Assembly: GCA_951406725.2 (NCBI GenBank)
Contig: OX597827.1
Span: 69,316,001 to 69,380,000, forward strand
Reading direction: 5' to 3'
Length of the DNA: 64,000 nt
Source of the DNA: Octopus vulgaris
Lineage: Eukaryota
Notes under the pieces: model-generated
What the model was told of the DNA's origin: nothing
Database searches by the model: none
What the model saw: only the letters and a program-made list of their open reading frames with translations
In this document: piece by piece, positions 21,888-35,027 of the stretch
How positions within the stretch are numbered: position 1 is the stretch's first letter
How the letters are laid out: every line of letters starts with the position of its first letter
Translations under genes and position numbers: made by a program

Positions 21888-23214
21888 GTGTGTGTGTATG
21901 TATGTAAAAAGAAGAAGAGTATTAGAGGAAGAGTATTATATATATATATATTTATATGAGAGAGAGAGAGAGAAGAGAAAGTGTAGGGAAGGAAAGATGT
22001 GAGTGTGTGCCTATCTATGTGAATTGCAAATCAAATGTTGTGTTCGGCAAATATATACGATATGCCCCAGAAATAAGCACCGTTACACATAAAAGAGAAT
22101 ATATAGATAGATAGATAGAAATATAGGCAGAATAAGAGAGAGTAATACAAGGGTGCCTGCCAACGAACTCTTTATGTTCCACAGGGCATTTTCGACTTTT
22201 TCCTTCCATGCGTCAAGGTAAACACAGCACATGCTTTGTTACGCGTTGTTATTATTGGTCTTGCATTTTCTCCTAATCATGTATCGATATATTAATTATT
22301 GAAATTGTTTTGTTTTGATTTTTTTTCCATGAGATGCTCTTCCAGTTTGACCCCCCTGTAGGGGTTTTTTTTTTTTTTTTGAGAAATAAACAGCCAAGCC
22401 GTGCGTTTGTTTACAACTTCGTTCACAGAGCCTTTGCGAATCCCGAAGAGGACACATGGAGTTCCTTAATGTATGTATGCATGTATGTATGACCATTACG
22501 TACAGAAAAACACATGTCGACGGAATTACAGGCAGACAGCAATGTGCAATAGGCGTGCATAGTGAATATGCATACATGTGTGTTCATATATGCATGCAGT
22601 TGTGACTGAATATGAGGTTCTCAGATAATAGGTGTGTGTGTGAATTTGTGTATTCACACACACTCTCACACACCGCTATGTGCATAGATATGTAGGTTAC
22701 ATAAACGTGTGTATATATCTGCATATGTGGGTTATGTATATATTTGTGTATGTATGTATACATATACGCATAGACATACAGCATATTTCCATTTGTGTAC
22801 ATATATGCATCTTTACATATATGTATGGGTCTGTATATATTTATATATATATATATAAATATATGTGTATATATATCTATATATATGTATGTATATGTGT
22901 ATATATATGTCTATATATATGTGTGTATATATATGTGTATATAAATCTATATATGTATGTATATATATGTGTGTATATATGTATATATATGTGTGTGTGT
23001 ATATATATCTATATGTGTGTATATATATCTATATATGTGTGTATATATGTATATATATGTGTGTATATATGTATATATATGTGTGTGTATATGTATATAT
23101 ATGTGTGTGTATATATATATGTATATATATATGTGTATATATATATGTGTATATATGTATATGTGTGTATATATATATACATGTGTATATATATATGTGT
23201 GTGTGTGTGTGTAT

Positions 23215-24030
23215 ATATGTGTGTACATATGTATGTATATATCTGTATGTACATATATATGTATGTATATATGTGTACATATATAAGTATGTATATATGT
23301 GTTCATATATATGTATATATATATGTATATATATATGTGTACATATATATGTATATATATATGTGTACATATGTATGTATATATCTGTATGTACATATAT
23401 ATGTATGTATATATGTGTACATATATAAGTATGTATATATGTGTACATATATATGTATATATATATGTGTACATATATAAGTATGTATATATGTGTACAT
23501 ATATATGTATATATATATGTGTACATATATATGTGTACATATATATGTATATATATATGTGTACATATATATGTATATATATATGTGTACATATATATGT
23601 ATATATATATGTGTACATATATATGTATATATATATGTGTACATATATATGTATATATATATGTGTACATATATATGTATATATATATGTGTACATATAT
23701 ATATATGTATATATATATGTGTACATATATATATATGTATGTATATATATGTGTACATATATATATGTATGTATATATATGTGTACATATATATGTATGT
23801 ATATATATGTGTACATATATATGTATGTATATATATGTGTACATATATATGTATGTATATATGTGTACATATATATGTATGTATATATGTGTACATATAT
23901 GTATGTTATATGTGTACATATATGTATGTTATATGTGTACATATATGTATGTATATATATATGTATGTATATATGTGTACATATATGTATGTATATATGT
24001 ATGTATATATGTGTACATATATGTATGTAT
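23215..24030. repeat. Minisatellite-like array (atatatgtgtacatatatatgtat, ~24-30 bp)
   Basis: Recurrent gtgtacat core separated by variable TA runs. Confidence 0.75.
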
Positions 24031-24281
24031 ATATATATGTATATCTATATGTGTGTATATATATGTATATATATATAAATATGTGTGTATATGTATATAT
24101 ATGTCTGTATTTATATGTATTCATGTGTGTATATATATATATATGTACATATGTGTATGTGTGTATATGTATGTGTGTATATATGTATATGTGTGTATAT
24201 GTATATGTGTATATATGTATGTGTGTGTATATATTTACGTATATGTATATATATTTATGTATATGTATGTATATATATTTA

Positions 24282-25967
24282 TGAAATAGATGAAATGAAA
24301 ATAGACTCAGCTATTGGCCCCGATGGATTCCCGGTAATCCTCCTAAAAGTATGTAAGAGAGTCTTAGCAAGACCACTGCAGTTCCTCTTTCAGAGCTTCC
24401 TTGCAGCTGGCAAACTTCCAAGAAAACTGAAGGAAGGTAAAATATGCCCTATTCATAAAGGAGGTAGCAAAGCGGAGGCCAAGAACTACAGACCTATCTC
24501 TCTGACCTCGCACATCAGCAAGGTCATGGAACGAATAGTCAGAAGGAAACTAATCACCTTCCTTGAAGAAAATGACTTGCTGCCTGACACCCAACATGGT
24601 TTCCGACCAGGAAGAAGCTGCTTAACTCAGCTCCTGCAGCACTATGACTGGGTGCTGAAACAACTGCTCAACCACTCAAATGTGGAAGTCATATATCTCG
24701 ACTTCGCAAAGGCCTTCGATAAAGTCGATCATGGAATGATATGTCACAAACTGCGTGATCTTGGCATAGTTGGAAAACTAGGAGAATGGCTTCACGACTT
24801 TCTGAAGAATAGAAGTCAGGTGGTAGTAGCCAATGGGGCCACTTCCATTAGCACGCAAATAGTGAGCGGTGTTCCACAGGGCACTGTTTTGGGACCACTA
24901 CTGTTCATAATGGCCCTCTCAGACATGCCCTCAGCCACGCGGAGAGCCACGATCACAAGTTATGCAGATGATACAAAAGTTTCACAGGCAATACAGAACC
25001 CTGAAGACACTAGGCACCTGCAATATGAGCTGGACGAAATATACAAGTGGGCTGAAAAGAATAGCATGCAGTTCAATGCTGAAAAGTTTCAAGCTTTATA
25101 CTATCAGCATGCAAAACTGAATGCAATACCCAAGGAATACACTGGACCCGGAGGGATTGCAATCCCAGAGGCACAATCAGTGCGTGACCTGGGTATTCAC
25201 ATGAGTGATGACGCGACCTTTCATGTACATGTTGCTAAACTGACAATGAAATGCAGACGGCTGGCTGGATGGATTCTTAGAACCTTTAGAACAAGAGAAC
25301 AAGAAACCATGATGGTCCTCTGGAAGACACTTGTCCTAAGTCACTTTGACTATTGCTCTCAGCTATGGTCACCATCCAGTGTCAAGTTGATCACAGAACT
25401 TGAGGCGATCCAACGAAGCTACATGAAGAAGATAGCCTCTATGCAGAATGTAAGCTACTGGGAAAGACTCAAGAGATTAAAATTATATTCCCTGGAGCGT
25501 AGGCGGGAAAGATATGCCATAATATACATCTGGAAGATCCTGGAGGGAAGTGTCCTGAACTTTGGCATCGAGAGTTACGCAAATGCCAGAACTGGGTGCC
25601 ACTGCGTGGTGCCTAGGACTCCAAACTTGCCATCAAGATGTAGGACAAGATTCTGTGATAGCCTGGGCTTCCGAGGCCCACAGCTCTTCAATATCCTCCC
25701 GATGAACCTGAGAGACCTGCATGGGGTGGATACAGATGTCTTTAAAATGGAGCTGGATCTCTTCCTGTCAGGTGTCCCAGATGAACCAACTTCACGGCAG
25801 GAGGGGCAGATGAGGGCAGCTGCATCGAACTCTCTCATGCACCAAATAGCAGTTGCTAGAAAGCCTCCATGAAGTGAAACCAAGTAGCAACACCAAATGG
25901 CGGTGCCCCAGCATGGCCACAGCTCATAAGCTGAAACTAGAATCAATCAATCAATCAATCAATCAAT
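24282..25967 (+). mobile_element. 5'-truncated CR1/Jockey-group non-LTR retrotransposon with (AATC)n tail
   Basis: RT ORF, short 3'UTR and (aatc)n tail; microsatellite on both sides. Confidence 0.95.
24283..25872 (+). CDS. LINE ORF2 fragment: reverse transcriptase plus C-terminal region; frame open, endonuclease missing
   Basis: [72 protein letters not shown]. The ORF-track N-terminus 24085-24282 is microsatellite. Confidence 0.9.
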   Translation, partial: EIDEMKIDSAIGPDGFPVILLKVCKRVLARPLQFLFQSFLAAGKLPRKLKEGKICPIHKGGSKAEAKNYRPISLTSHISKVMERIVRRKLITFLEENDLLPDTQHGFRPGRSCLTQLLQHYDWVLKQLLNHSNVEVIYLDFAKAFDKVDHGMICHKLRDLGIVGKLGEWLHDFLKNRSQVVVANGATSISTQIVSGVPQGTVLGPLLFIMALSDMPSATRRATITSYADDTKVSQAIQNPEDTRHLQYELDEIYKWAEKNSMQFNAEKFQALYYQHAKLNAIPKEYTGPGGIAIPEAQSVRDLGIHMSDDATFHVHVAKLTMKCRRLAGWILRTFRTREQETMMVLWKTLVLSHFDYCSQLWSPSSVKLITELEAIQRSYMKKIASMQNVSYWERLKRLKLYSLERRRERYAIIYIWKILEGSVLNFGIESYANARTGCHCVVPRTPNLPSRCRTRFCDSLGFRGPQLFNILPMNLRDLHGVDTDVFKMELDLFLSGVPDEPTSRQEGQMRAAASNSLMHQIAVARKPP

Positions 25968-26303
25968 ATGTATATATATTTATGTGTATATATATGTATA
26001 TATATATTTGTGTATATATATGTATATATATATTTGTGTATATATATGTATATGTGTATATATATATTTATATATATGTATATATATATTTATGTGTATA
26101 TATATATATGTATATGTGTATATATTTATATATGTATGTATATATATGTGTGTATATATATATATATATATACGTATATATATATGTTTGCATATATACG
26201 TGTATATATATATATATATGTGTGTATATATATATATACGTGTGTATATATACGTGTATATATATATATATATATATATATGGATATCTGTATATATGGG
26301 TCT

Positions 26304-27448
26304 ATGGCCGCTTCCATTAACACGCAAATAGTGAGCGGTGTTCCACCAGGCACTGTTTTGGGACCACTACTGTTCATAATGTCCCTCCCATACAAGCCCT
26401 CAGCCACGCAGAGTGCCACGATCACAAGTTATGCATATGACACAAAAGTTTCACAGGCAATACAGAACCCTGAGGACACTAAACACCTGTAATATGAGCT
26501 GGACAAAATAAAAAAGTGGGCTGAAAAGAATAGCATGCAGTTCAATGCTGAAAAGTTTCAAGCTTTATGCTATCAGCATGCAAAACTAAATGCAATACCC
26601 AATGAATACACTGGACCCGGAGGGATTGCAAACCCAGAGGCACAGTCAGTGCGAGACCTGGGTTTTTACATGAGTATTGATGCAACTTTTCATGTGCATG
26701 TTGCTAAATTGGCAATGAAATGCAGGCAGCTGACCGGATGGATTCTTAGAGCTTTGAGAACAGGAGACCAGGAAACCATGATGGTCCTCTGGAGGACACT
26801 TGTCCTAAGCCACTTTGACTATTGCTCCCAGCTATGGTCACCAATTAGTGTCAAATTAGTCTCAGAACTTGAGGCAATCCAACGAAGCTACACGAAGAAG
26901 ATATCCTCTATGCAGCATATAAGCTACTGGGAAAGACTCAAGAGATTAAGATTCTATTCCTTAGAACGTAGGCAAGAAAGATATGCCATAATATACATCT
27001 GAAAGATCCTGGAAGGACTTGTCCCAAACTTTGGCATCGAGAGTTACAAAAATAATAGAACTGGGTGCCACTGCATAGTGCCAAGGACTCCAAATTTGCC
27101 ATCAAGATGTAGGATAAGAACTGCGATAGCCTGGGCTTCAGTGGTACACAGCTCTTCAATATCCTCCAGAAGGACCTGAGAGACCTGCATGGGGTGGATG
27201 CAGGTGTCTTCAAAATAGAGCTGGACCTCTTCCTGTCAGGTGTCCCAGATGAACCAACTTCACGGCAGGAAGGTGCAGATAAGGGCAGATGCATCAAACT
27301 CTCTCATGCACCAAATATCAATTGCTAAAAAGCATTCATGAAGTAAAATCATGTAGAAACATCGAATGGCGGTGCCCCAGCATGGCCACAGCTCATAAGC
27401 TGAAACTAGATAAAATAAAATAAAATTAAAAAAATAAAATTAAAATAA
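26304..27448 (+). mobile_element. Second 5'-truncated copy of the same LINE (defective) with (TAAAA)n tail
   Basis: Homologous from [11 protein letters not shown] onward; YADD changed to YAYD; stops at ~26490 and ~27000. Confidence 0.93.
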
Positions 27449-27482
27449 TATATATATGGATATATATATATTTATATGTGCA

Positions 27483-27661
27483 TGTAAAAAGCACCCACTA
27501 GACTCTCGGAATGGTTGGCGTCAGGAAGGGTATCCTGCTGTAGAAACTCTGCCAGATCAAGATTGGAGCCTGATGCAGCCATCTAGTTTGCCAGTCCTCA
27601 GTCAAAGTTGTCTAACCTATGCTAGCATGGAAAGCGGGCGTTAAACGATGATGATGATGAT
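27483..27661 (+). mobile_element. 3' end of (GAT)n-tailed RTE-related retroposon
   Basis: ggttggcgtcaggaagggtatcc..gctagcatggaaagcgggcgttaaac(gat)n; the same tail follows RTE coding remnants at 49656-50690. Confidence 0.75.
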
Positions 27662-28611
27662 ATGGATATATATATCTATATATGTGTATATATATATATG
27701 GCTGTATATGTATGTGTATATATATATATATATGGATGTATATGTATATATATATATGGCTGTATATGTATGTATATATATATATATATATATGGATGTA
27801 TATGTATATATATATATATATGGATGTATATGTATATATATATATATATGGCTGTATATGTATGTATATATATATGGATGTATATGTATGTATATATATA
27901 TATGGATGTATATGTATATATATATATGGATGTATATATATATGGATGTATATATGTATGTATATATGTATATGTATGTATATATGTATATGGAGGTATA
28001 TATATATATATGGATGTATATATATATATATGGATGTGTATATATATATGGATGTATATGTGTATATATATATGGATATGGATGTATATGTATATATATA
28101 TATATGGATGTATATGTATATATATATGTATGTGTATATATATATGGATGTATATGTATATATATATGGATGTATATGTATATATATATATATGGATGTA
28201 TATGTATATATATATATATGGATGTATATATATATGGATGTATATGTATATATATATATATGGATGTATATATATATATGGATGTATATGTATGTATATA
28301 TATATATATGAATGTATATGTATGTATATATATATATATGGATGTATATGTATATATATATATATGGATGTATATGTATATGGATGTATATGTATATATA
28401 TATATATTGGATGTATATATATATATATATGGATGTATATATATATATATGGATGTATATGTATATATATATATATGGATGTATATATATATATATATAT
28501 ATGGATGTATATATATATATATATATGGATGTATATATATATATATATATGTATATGTTTATATATATATATATATATATGGATGTATATATCTATATAT
28601 GTATATATATG

Positions 28612-28642
<31 letters not shown>

Positions 28643-29300
28643 GGATGTATATATGTATATATATATATGGATGTATATATGTATATATATATATATATAT
28701 GGATGTATATATGTATATATATATATGGATGTATATATGTATATATATATATGGATGTATATATGTATATATATATATGGATGTATATATCTATATATGT
28801 ATATATATGGATGTATATATCTATATATGTATATATATGGATGTATATATATCTATATATGTATATATATGGATGTATATATATCTATATATGTATATAT
28901 ATGGATGTATATATATCTATATATGTATATATATGGATGTATATATATCTATATATGTATATATATGGATGTATATATATCTATATATGTATATATATGG
29001 ATGTATATATATCTATATATGTATATATATGGATGTATATATATCTATATATGTATATATATGGATGTATATATCTATATATGTATATATATGTGCATAT
29101 ATATATCTATATATGTATATATATGTGCATATATATATGTATATATGTGCATATATATATATATCTATATATCTATATATGTGCATATATATATATCTAT
29201 ATATGTGCATATATATATATCTATATATGTATATATGTGCATATATATATCTATATATGAATATATGTGGATATATGTATGTATATGGATACATATACAT
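27662..29300. repeat. Degenerate (TA)n-GGATG minisatellite
   Basis: Dozens of atatggatgtat units. Confidence 0.8.
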
Positions 29301-29353
29301 ATCTATATATGTATTTATATGGATACATATCTATATGGATATATATATGTATA

Positions 29354-29412
<59 letters not shown>

Positions 29413-29794
29413 ATATATATGGATTTATATGTTTGTGTATATATATGGATTTATATGTTTGTGTATATATATGGATTTATATGTTTATGTATATGTATAT
29501 ATATATATATATATGTGTGTATATATATGTGTATATATATATACGAATCTGTATACATGTGTATAAAATCTCTGACGAAACTTAGAGAAACACTCACGAA
29601 CCTTAATTTCATCGACTTATTGCATCAGTCTACTGCAGGAATAAAGATAAAGATAGAATGAGGTTTTTTTGCCCCTTGACTGAAACAGCTGTAAGATAGT
29701 TTCTCAATTTATAATTTTGTACGTTATATTTTGATAATTACTGGTATCGTTTATATATTAATATATTTTTATATGTAAAGCATATGTGTATATA

Positions 29795-30176
29795 TCTCTC
29801 TATATAAACGGCAGTTTGTCTGTGCGTGTTTCTGTGTGTCTGTTTGCTTGTACCCTCACCCTGACCACGGCTTTCAACCGATTCTGATGAAACTTGACAC
29901 ACACATAGCCCAATGTCATAATTCAAAACTAACGCAGCGAAAATTTTGAAAAGTTCCCCCAGTTCTGAAAAAAATCGATAAATTCGACATGGGTTTGAGA
30001 ATCAGAAACACAATCCGCAAACTGTCTAGGGGACGCAACTCCACCTTTTTTTACTCTCAAAAAATATTTACCATAATTTTTTTCCATTTTTTTGCTATTT
30101 TTTGGCTATAACTCTCTAAAAATGCTTTATAGTTATTTCCCTTACAAACCTGAGCAACGCCGGGCGATACTGCTAG
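29795..30176 (+). mobile_element. Non-autonomous Helitron
   Basis: A|TC 5' end, subterminal hairpin cctgagcaacgccggg (30149-30164), CTAG|T 3' end, no TSD. Confidence 0.85.
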
Positions 30177-30446
30177 TTTGTATATATGTTTCTAGATATG
30201 TATGCGTATATGTGTGTGTGTGTGTGTGTGTGTGTATGTATATATATATATATGGGATATGTGTTTGTTTTTATGCATAAACATGTGATACATGTATGTA
30301 TATTCTTGTCATCGTCATTTTAGTAAATAAATAAATAACTTGACATATAATGTCTAAAAGTTGATGAAACACCTATTGATCCCCTCCATTTTCTTATTGC
30401 ACTATACATTATATATATATATATATATATAGGTGTATATATGAAT

Positions 30447-31075
30447 AGGACACTTATCCTAAGCCACTTTGACTATTGCTCTCAGCTATGGTCACAATCC
30501 AGTGTCAAGTTAATCACAGAACTTGAGGCGATCCAACGAAGCTACATGAAGAAGATAGCCTCTGTGCAGCATATAAGCTATTGGGAAAGACTCAAGAGAT
30601 TAAGTCTCTATTCCTTAGAGCGTAGGCGAGAAAGATATGCCATAATATACATCTGGAAGATCCTGGAAGGACTTGTCCCAAAGTTTGGCATCGAGAGTTA
30701 CGCAAATGCTAGAACTGGGCGCCACTGCATAGTGCCAAGGACTCCAAATTTGCCATCAAGATGTAGGACAAGATACTGTGATAGCCTGGGCTTCAGAGGC
30801 CCACAGCTCTTCAATATCCTCCTGAAGAACCTGAGAGACCTGCATGGGGTGGATGCAGATGTCTTTAAAATAAAACTGGATCTCTTCCTGTCAGGTGTCC
30901 CAGATGAACCAACTTCACGGCAGGAGGTGCATATGAGGGCAGCGGCATCGAACTTTCTCATGCACCAAATGGCAATTGCTAAAAAGCATTCGTGACGTAA
31001 AATCATGTAGCAACACCAAATGGTGGTACCCGATCATGGCCACAGCTCGTGAGCTGAAAGTAGATAAAAAAAAAA
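30447..31075 (+). mobile_element. Third 5'-truncated copy of the CR1-like LINE with poly-A tail
   Basis: [24 protein letters not shown], conserved 3'UTR. Confidence 0.93.
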
Positions 31076-31514
31076 ATATATGAGAATATCTATGTATATA
31101 TATATATATATGTATACTTGTATGTGTATTTATATATATATCTGTTTGTGTATATGTATATCTATGTATGTGTGTATATATATGTATGCTAATACATATG
31201 TATGTATGCACATACATATGTATATATGTATGTATATACATATGTATATATATACATATGTATATGCATATGTATATATATATATATATCTGTGTATATA
31301 TGTATGTATATACATATATATACGTATATGTATATATGTATGTACATATGTATGTATATATGTATACACTTGCATATATATGTGTATACATGTGTAGTGT
31401 ATACGTATGTATGTATATATATTCACATATATTTATACATAAGTATGTATATATATTCATATATATATATCTACATACAAACTCACAGACCCCCCCCTCG
31501 CTCATTTTAATTTC

Positions 31515-32310
31515 TCCTCCCACCCTAACACCTCTTTATTCCAAATTCCTCCATCTGCGCAAGCTCTGCCATGACAACCATGACTTTGAAACTTAGTCTG
31601 AACTTGTGGCTCGACACTTCATCCTACATGGATATCCCCTAACTACTATCCACACATCCCTTGCCAGGGCACATTCTGTGCACCGTACTTCTGGTTTCTC
31701 CCCTGCACCCTCCTTGTCGTCACCCGTCTCTCGTTCCACCCCTCCATTCTACTTCTCCAACACACCATTATTCAAGCCTTCTGGCGACTCCGGTCCAACC
31801 CCTCCACTTCACACGTCTTCCCTAACCAACTCCCTCCCCTCCTTCAAACAACCTATGTGACCTCCTGGTCCACAGTTTCTTCTCTAACCTAACTCCCCAC
31901 CTCGGCATGTTCCCCTGCTGCCCGCCCATGCTGTCACACTTGCCCTTGCCCGTCCAACACCACCATCCCTACAGGCACCCATCATCGACCCTATCATATC
32001 ACTGACTCCTTCACCTGCACTTCTAGCAATTGCATCTCATGCTCTCTCTGTCCTCTGTACATTGGTCAAACGAGACGCTGTTTGGCTGACTGGTTCGGGG
32101 AACATCTCCAATACACCGGACTTGGCAACGACACTCTGGTCTCACACTATTTTCACTCTACCAGTCATTCTTTACAACAGCTATTTGTGTTCGTATTGTC
32201 CTTGCTCGGGGGCCATCAAACTCCCGTCTTTGCCATGAACAGGAATTAATCTTCTCTCTTTGCTCCTTTGCGCCACATGGGCTCAACTCTCCTATCCTCT
32301 TCATCTAACC
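31515..32310 (+). mobile_element. Decayed Penelope-like element (linker plus GIY-YIG endonuclease)
   Basis: SKFLHLRKLCHDNHDF, ARHFILHGYP, CCHTCP, DSFTCTSSNCISCSLCPLYIGQTRRCLADWFGEH, VSHYFHSTSH. Confidence 0.85.
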
Positions 32311-32531
32311 CCCGACCTCTCTCCTCTCTTCCTTTCACACCTACTTCCTCCCTTCACTCCCACCCACCTCTTCTCGTCTCTTGCTCTGACACCTTCCTCT
32401 CTTCACTCCTACCCACCTTCCCCCTTCCACCTTCTCCATTGTTACCCCATCCCTATACATCCCATGCCACACATTCATCTGCCACATACTTCACCCCCAC
32501 CCTCACCACTGACCATTTTCCCACTGGGCAA

Positions 32532-32842
32532 TTCCCAGATTGGGCATTGTGAGTGTTTATTGCGCAAAAACACTTAAAGGGTCCACGAAGCCCCGGTGGC
32601 AAAAGCTGCTGTACTCTTTCACCACAAATTTCTCTCCTTCTTTATTCCTATTTCTGTCCTATCTGTATTTCAAAGGGCCAGCCTTGTCAGCATGTGTGTC
32701 ATGGTAAATCTCCCTGGGAATTACATTAAGGGTACACTTGTGTGTGGGAATGGTCAGTCACTGGCACGTTAATTTCATGAGCAGGCTGTGCCGTTGATTG
32801 GATAACCTGGAACCCTCATAATTGTTACCGGCTGTATGCCAT
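32532..32842 (+). mobile_element. 5'-truncated, diverged copy of the SINE at 35028
   Basis: ttgtgagtgtttattg..gtatttcaaagggcc..cacgttaatttca..gcaggctg. Confidence 0.8.
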
Positions 32843-33054
32843 AGTAATATATATGTTTGTATATATATATATATGTATGTATATATATAAGTATATATAT
32901 AAATATATGTGTATGTATACCGTACTAAATTCTGGTGCCTCAACTTAAAGTACCTGATTCATCTGAATCTAAATTTTTGCTATGTATGTATACATATATA
33001 AATACATGTGTATATAAATATATATGTATATGCATACAGATATATATATACATT

Positions 33055-33226
33055 ATAGATTGCTAGCTACACATTCTTCATTTTCTCTCCTTGTTTCTTT
33101 TTGTGGAAGAGCGTAGCCTCGAAATGTTAAAGACTTTTTCACTTCCTGAGCATTATACTTATACATCTGTTTGTTGTCTACACCACCTGTCTTCGTCTTT
33201 TGTTTTTTTTTTGTGAATTCTTCCCA
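33055..33226 (+). mobile_element. Family A short repeat with degenerate hammerhead-like motif
   Basis: tcttt-TTGTGGA-AGAGC-gtag-CCTC-GAAAT-GTT-aaaga (33096-33133). Confidence 0.7.
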
Positions 33227-33268
33227 TATATGTATATATATATATATATATATACATATATACATATA

Positions 33269-33321
<53 letters not shown>

Positions 33322-33508
33322 GTATACATATATATACGTATACTGATTATAGCAGTGACTCCTTCTAAGAATATCTGAAGAAGGAATTTTATACCGAAAT
33401 ATCATCTAACTATGGATGACTAAATTACAACAGGTATAGAACTCATTGTTTGTATTATAGTGCATTGTTGTACCATTCCTAACTTTTTATTCTATGCATA
33501 TATATATA

Positions 33509-33961
33509 TGTGTCTATGGCCAGCTGAAGGAGTGTGTCCTCCTGGGGCTAAAAACTACAGTAGCATCCACCCTTAGGGGTAGCCATATTGAAATGGCAAA
33601 TATACGTCACGATGTGTTACCGCTACTGTATATAACTCACTTTGATATTTATCATTGTTTGATTTCACTTTTTCAATATCAGCGACAGTGGACTCTGGAA
33701 AAAGTATAAGTATTTGTGAAGGAAATCTAATTCTCGCCGACAACTATGATTGTCACACACTGACGAGAGGTCAATACCTCGAAACTCGAGTCCGTGTGTA
33801 TCATAAGTTGAAGACGGGAAGGATGACTTCCCTTTGCAAATACTGACAGGGCACAGAAAGTGTGTCTATAGCCAGCTGGAGGAGTGTGTCCTCCTGGGGC
33901 TAAAAACTACAGTAGCATCCACCCTTAGGGGTAGCCATATTGAAATGGCAAATATATGTCA

Positions 33962-33965
<4 letters not shown>
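33509..33965 (+). mobile_element. Putative non-LTR retrozyme (352-bp unit, ~1.3 copies)
   Basis: 105-bp direct repeat at 33509-33613 and 33861-33965 enclosing a hammerhead; (TA)n on both sides. Confidence 0.7.
33741..33810 (+). ncRNA. Type I hammerhead ribozyme
   Basis: CTGACGA(33760-66), GAGG-tcaata-CCTC, GAAAC-tcga-GTC(33790-92). Stem I cacac/gtgtg, extended by caactatgat/atcataagttg. Confidence 0.88.
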
Positions 33966-34007
<42 letters not shown>

Positions 34008-34027
34008 TTATATGCATATATGTATAC

Positions 34028-34127
34028 ATCATCATCATTGTTTAACATCCGCTTTCCATGCTAGCATGGGTTGGATGATTTGACTGAGGTCTGGTGAACC
34101 AGATGGCTGCACCAGACTCCAATCTGA
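34028..34127 (-). mobile_element. (GAT)n-tailed retroposon 3' end
   Basis: (atc)n-gtttaacatccgctttccatgctagcatgggttgg. Confidence 0.75.
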
Positions 34128-34241
34128 TATATATATATAACATGTGTGCATGTATATATATATATATATATATTACATGTGTGCATGTATATGTATATAT
34201 GTATACATATATATGCATGCTTATGTGTATATATATCTGTG

Positions 34242-34279
<38 letters not shown>

Positions 34280-34298
34280 AAACGTGTATATATATATA

Positions 34299-34337
<39 letters not shown>

Positions 34338-34988
34338 TGGAAACGTGTATATATATATATCTGTATATATATATGTATATATGTACATATATGAGTATAT
34401 ATATGTACATATATGTGTATGTATATATATATGTATATATAAATGTGTGTGTGTGTATATGTATATAAGTGTGTATATTTGTATGTATATATGTATGGAT
34501 ATATGAGTACTTATATACGTGTATATATATTTATGTATGTATACATATACACACATATATATAGATGGATTGAGGAAGATAACAGTATAGAGTAGAGAGT
34601 CGCATCAAAAAGTTGAAAATAAACTTAGTTGGAAATGCGTGTCTCTTTGAGCCACTAAGTAACGGCCGAAATGGATACATGAGCAAAATGGTATGATTAT
34701 AACCATATTCAACTTTTCTATTTTTCTTCTGTATGCTCTACCTCTGTTTTTTATTCTTCACTTTGGTGAAGCTCCTTGTTTCGGATCAATTTTATTACCT
34801 GATTAATACTTTTGCATATCAATTGCAATTCCATACAACACTGGAAACAGAAACAGCTGTTAGATGGGATGCAGTCTTTTTGTATTGAATTAATGAATAA
34901 TTATTGATGTAAGTCAATTGTTGTTCATCAATATTTCTCCATTTTCTGTTTTCTGTAAATATATATATTATGTATGTATCTATATATA

Positions 34989-35019
<31 letters not shown>

Positions 35020-35027
35020 GTGTGTGT

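Noticed and set aside
25575-25946. Antisense ORFs over the LINE copies (also 26938-27297 and 30698-31006)
   Set aside because: Shadow frames of the RT ORF with variable ends.
29572-29597. CTGACGA..GAAAC hammerhead-like match
   Set aside because: No stem II and no stem III or cleavage triplet.
27648-29661. 645-, 532- and 449-aa ORFs
   Set aside because: Translations of the (TA)n-GGATG minisatellite.
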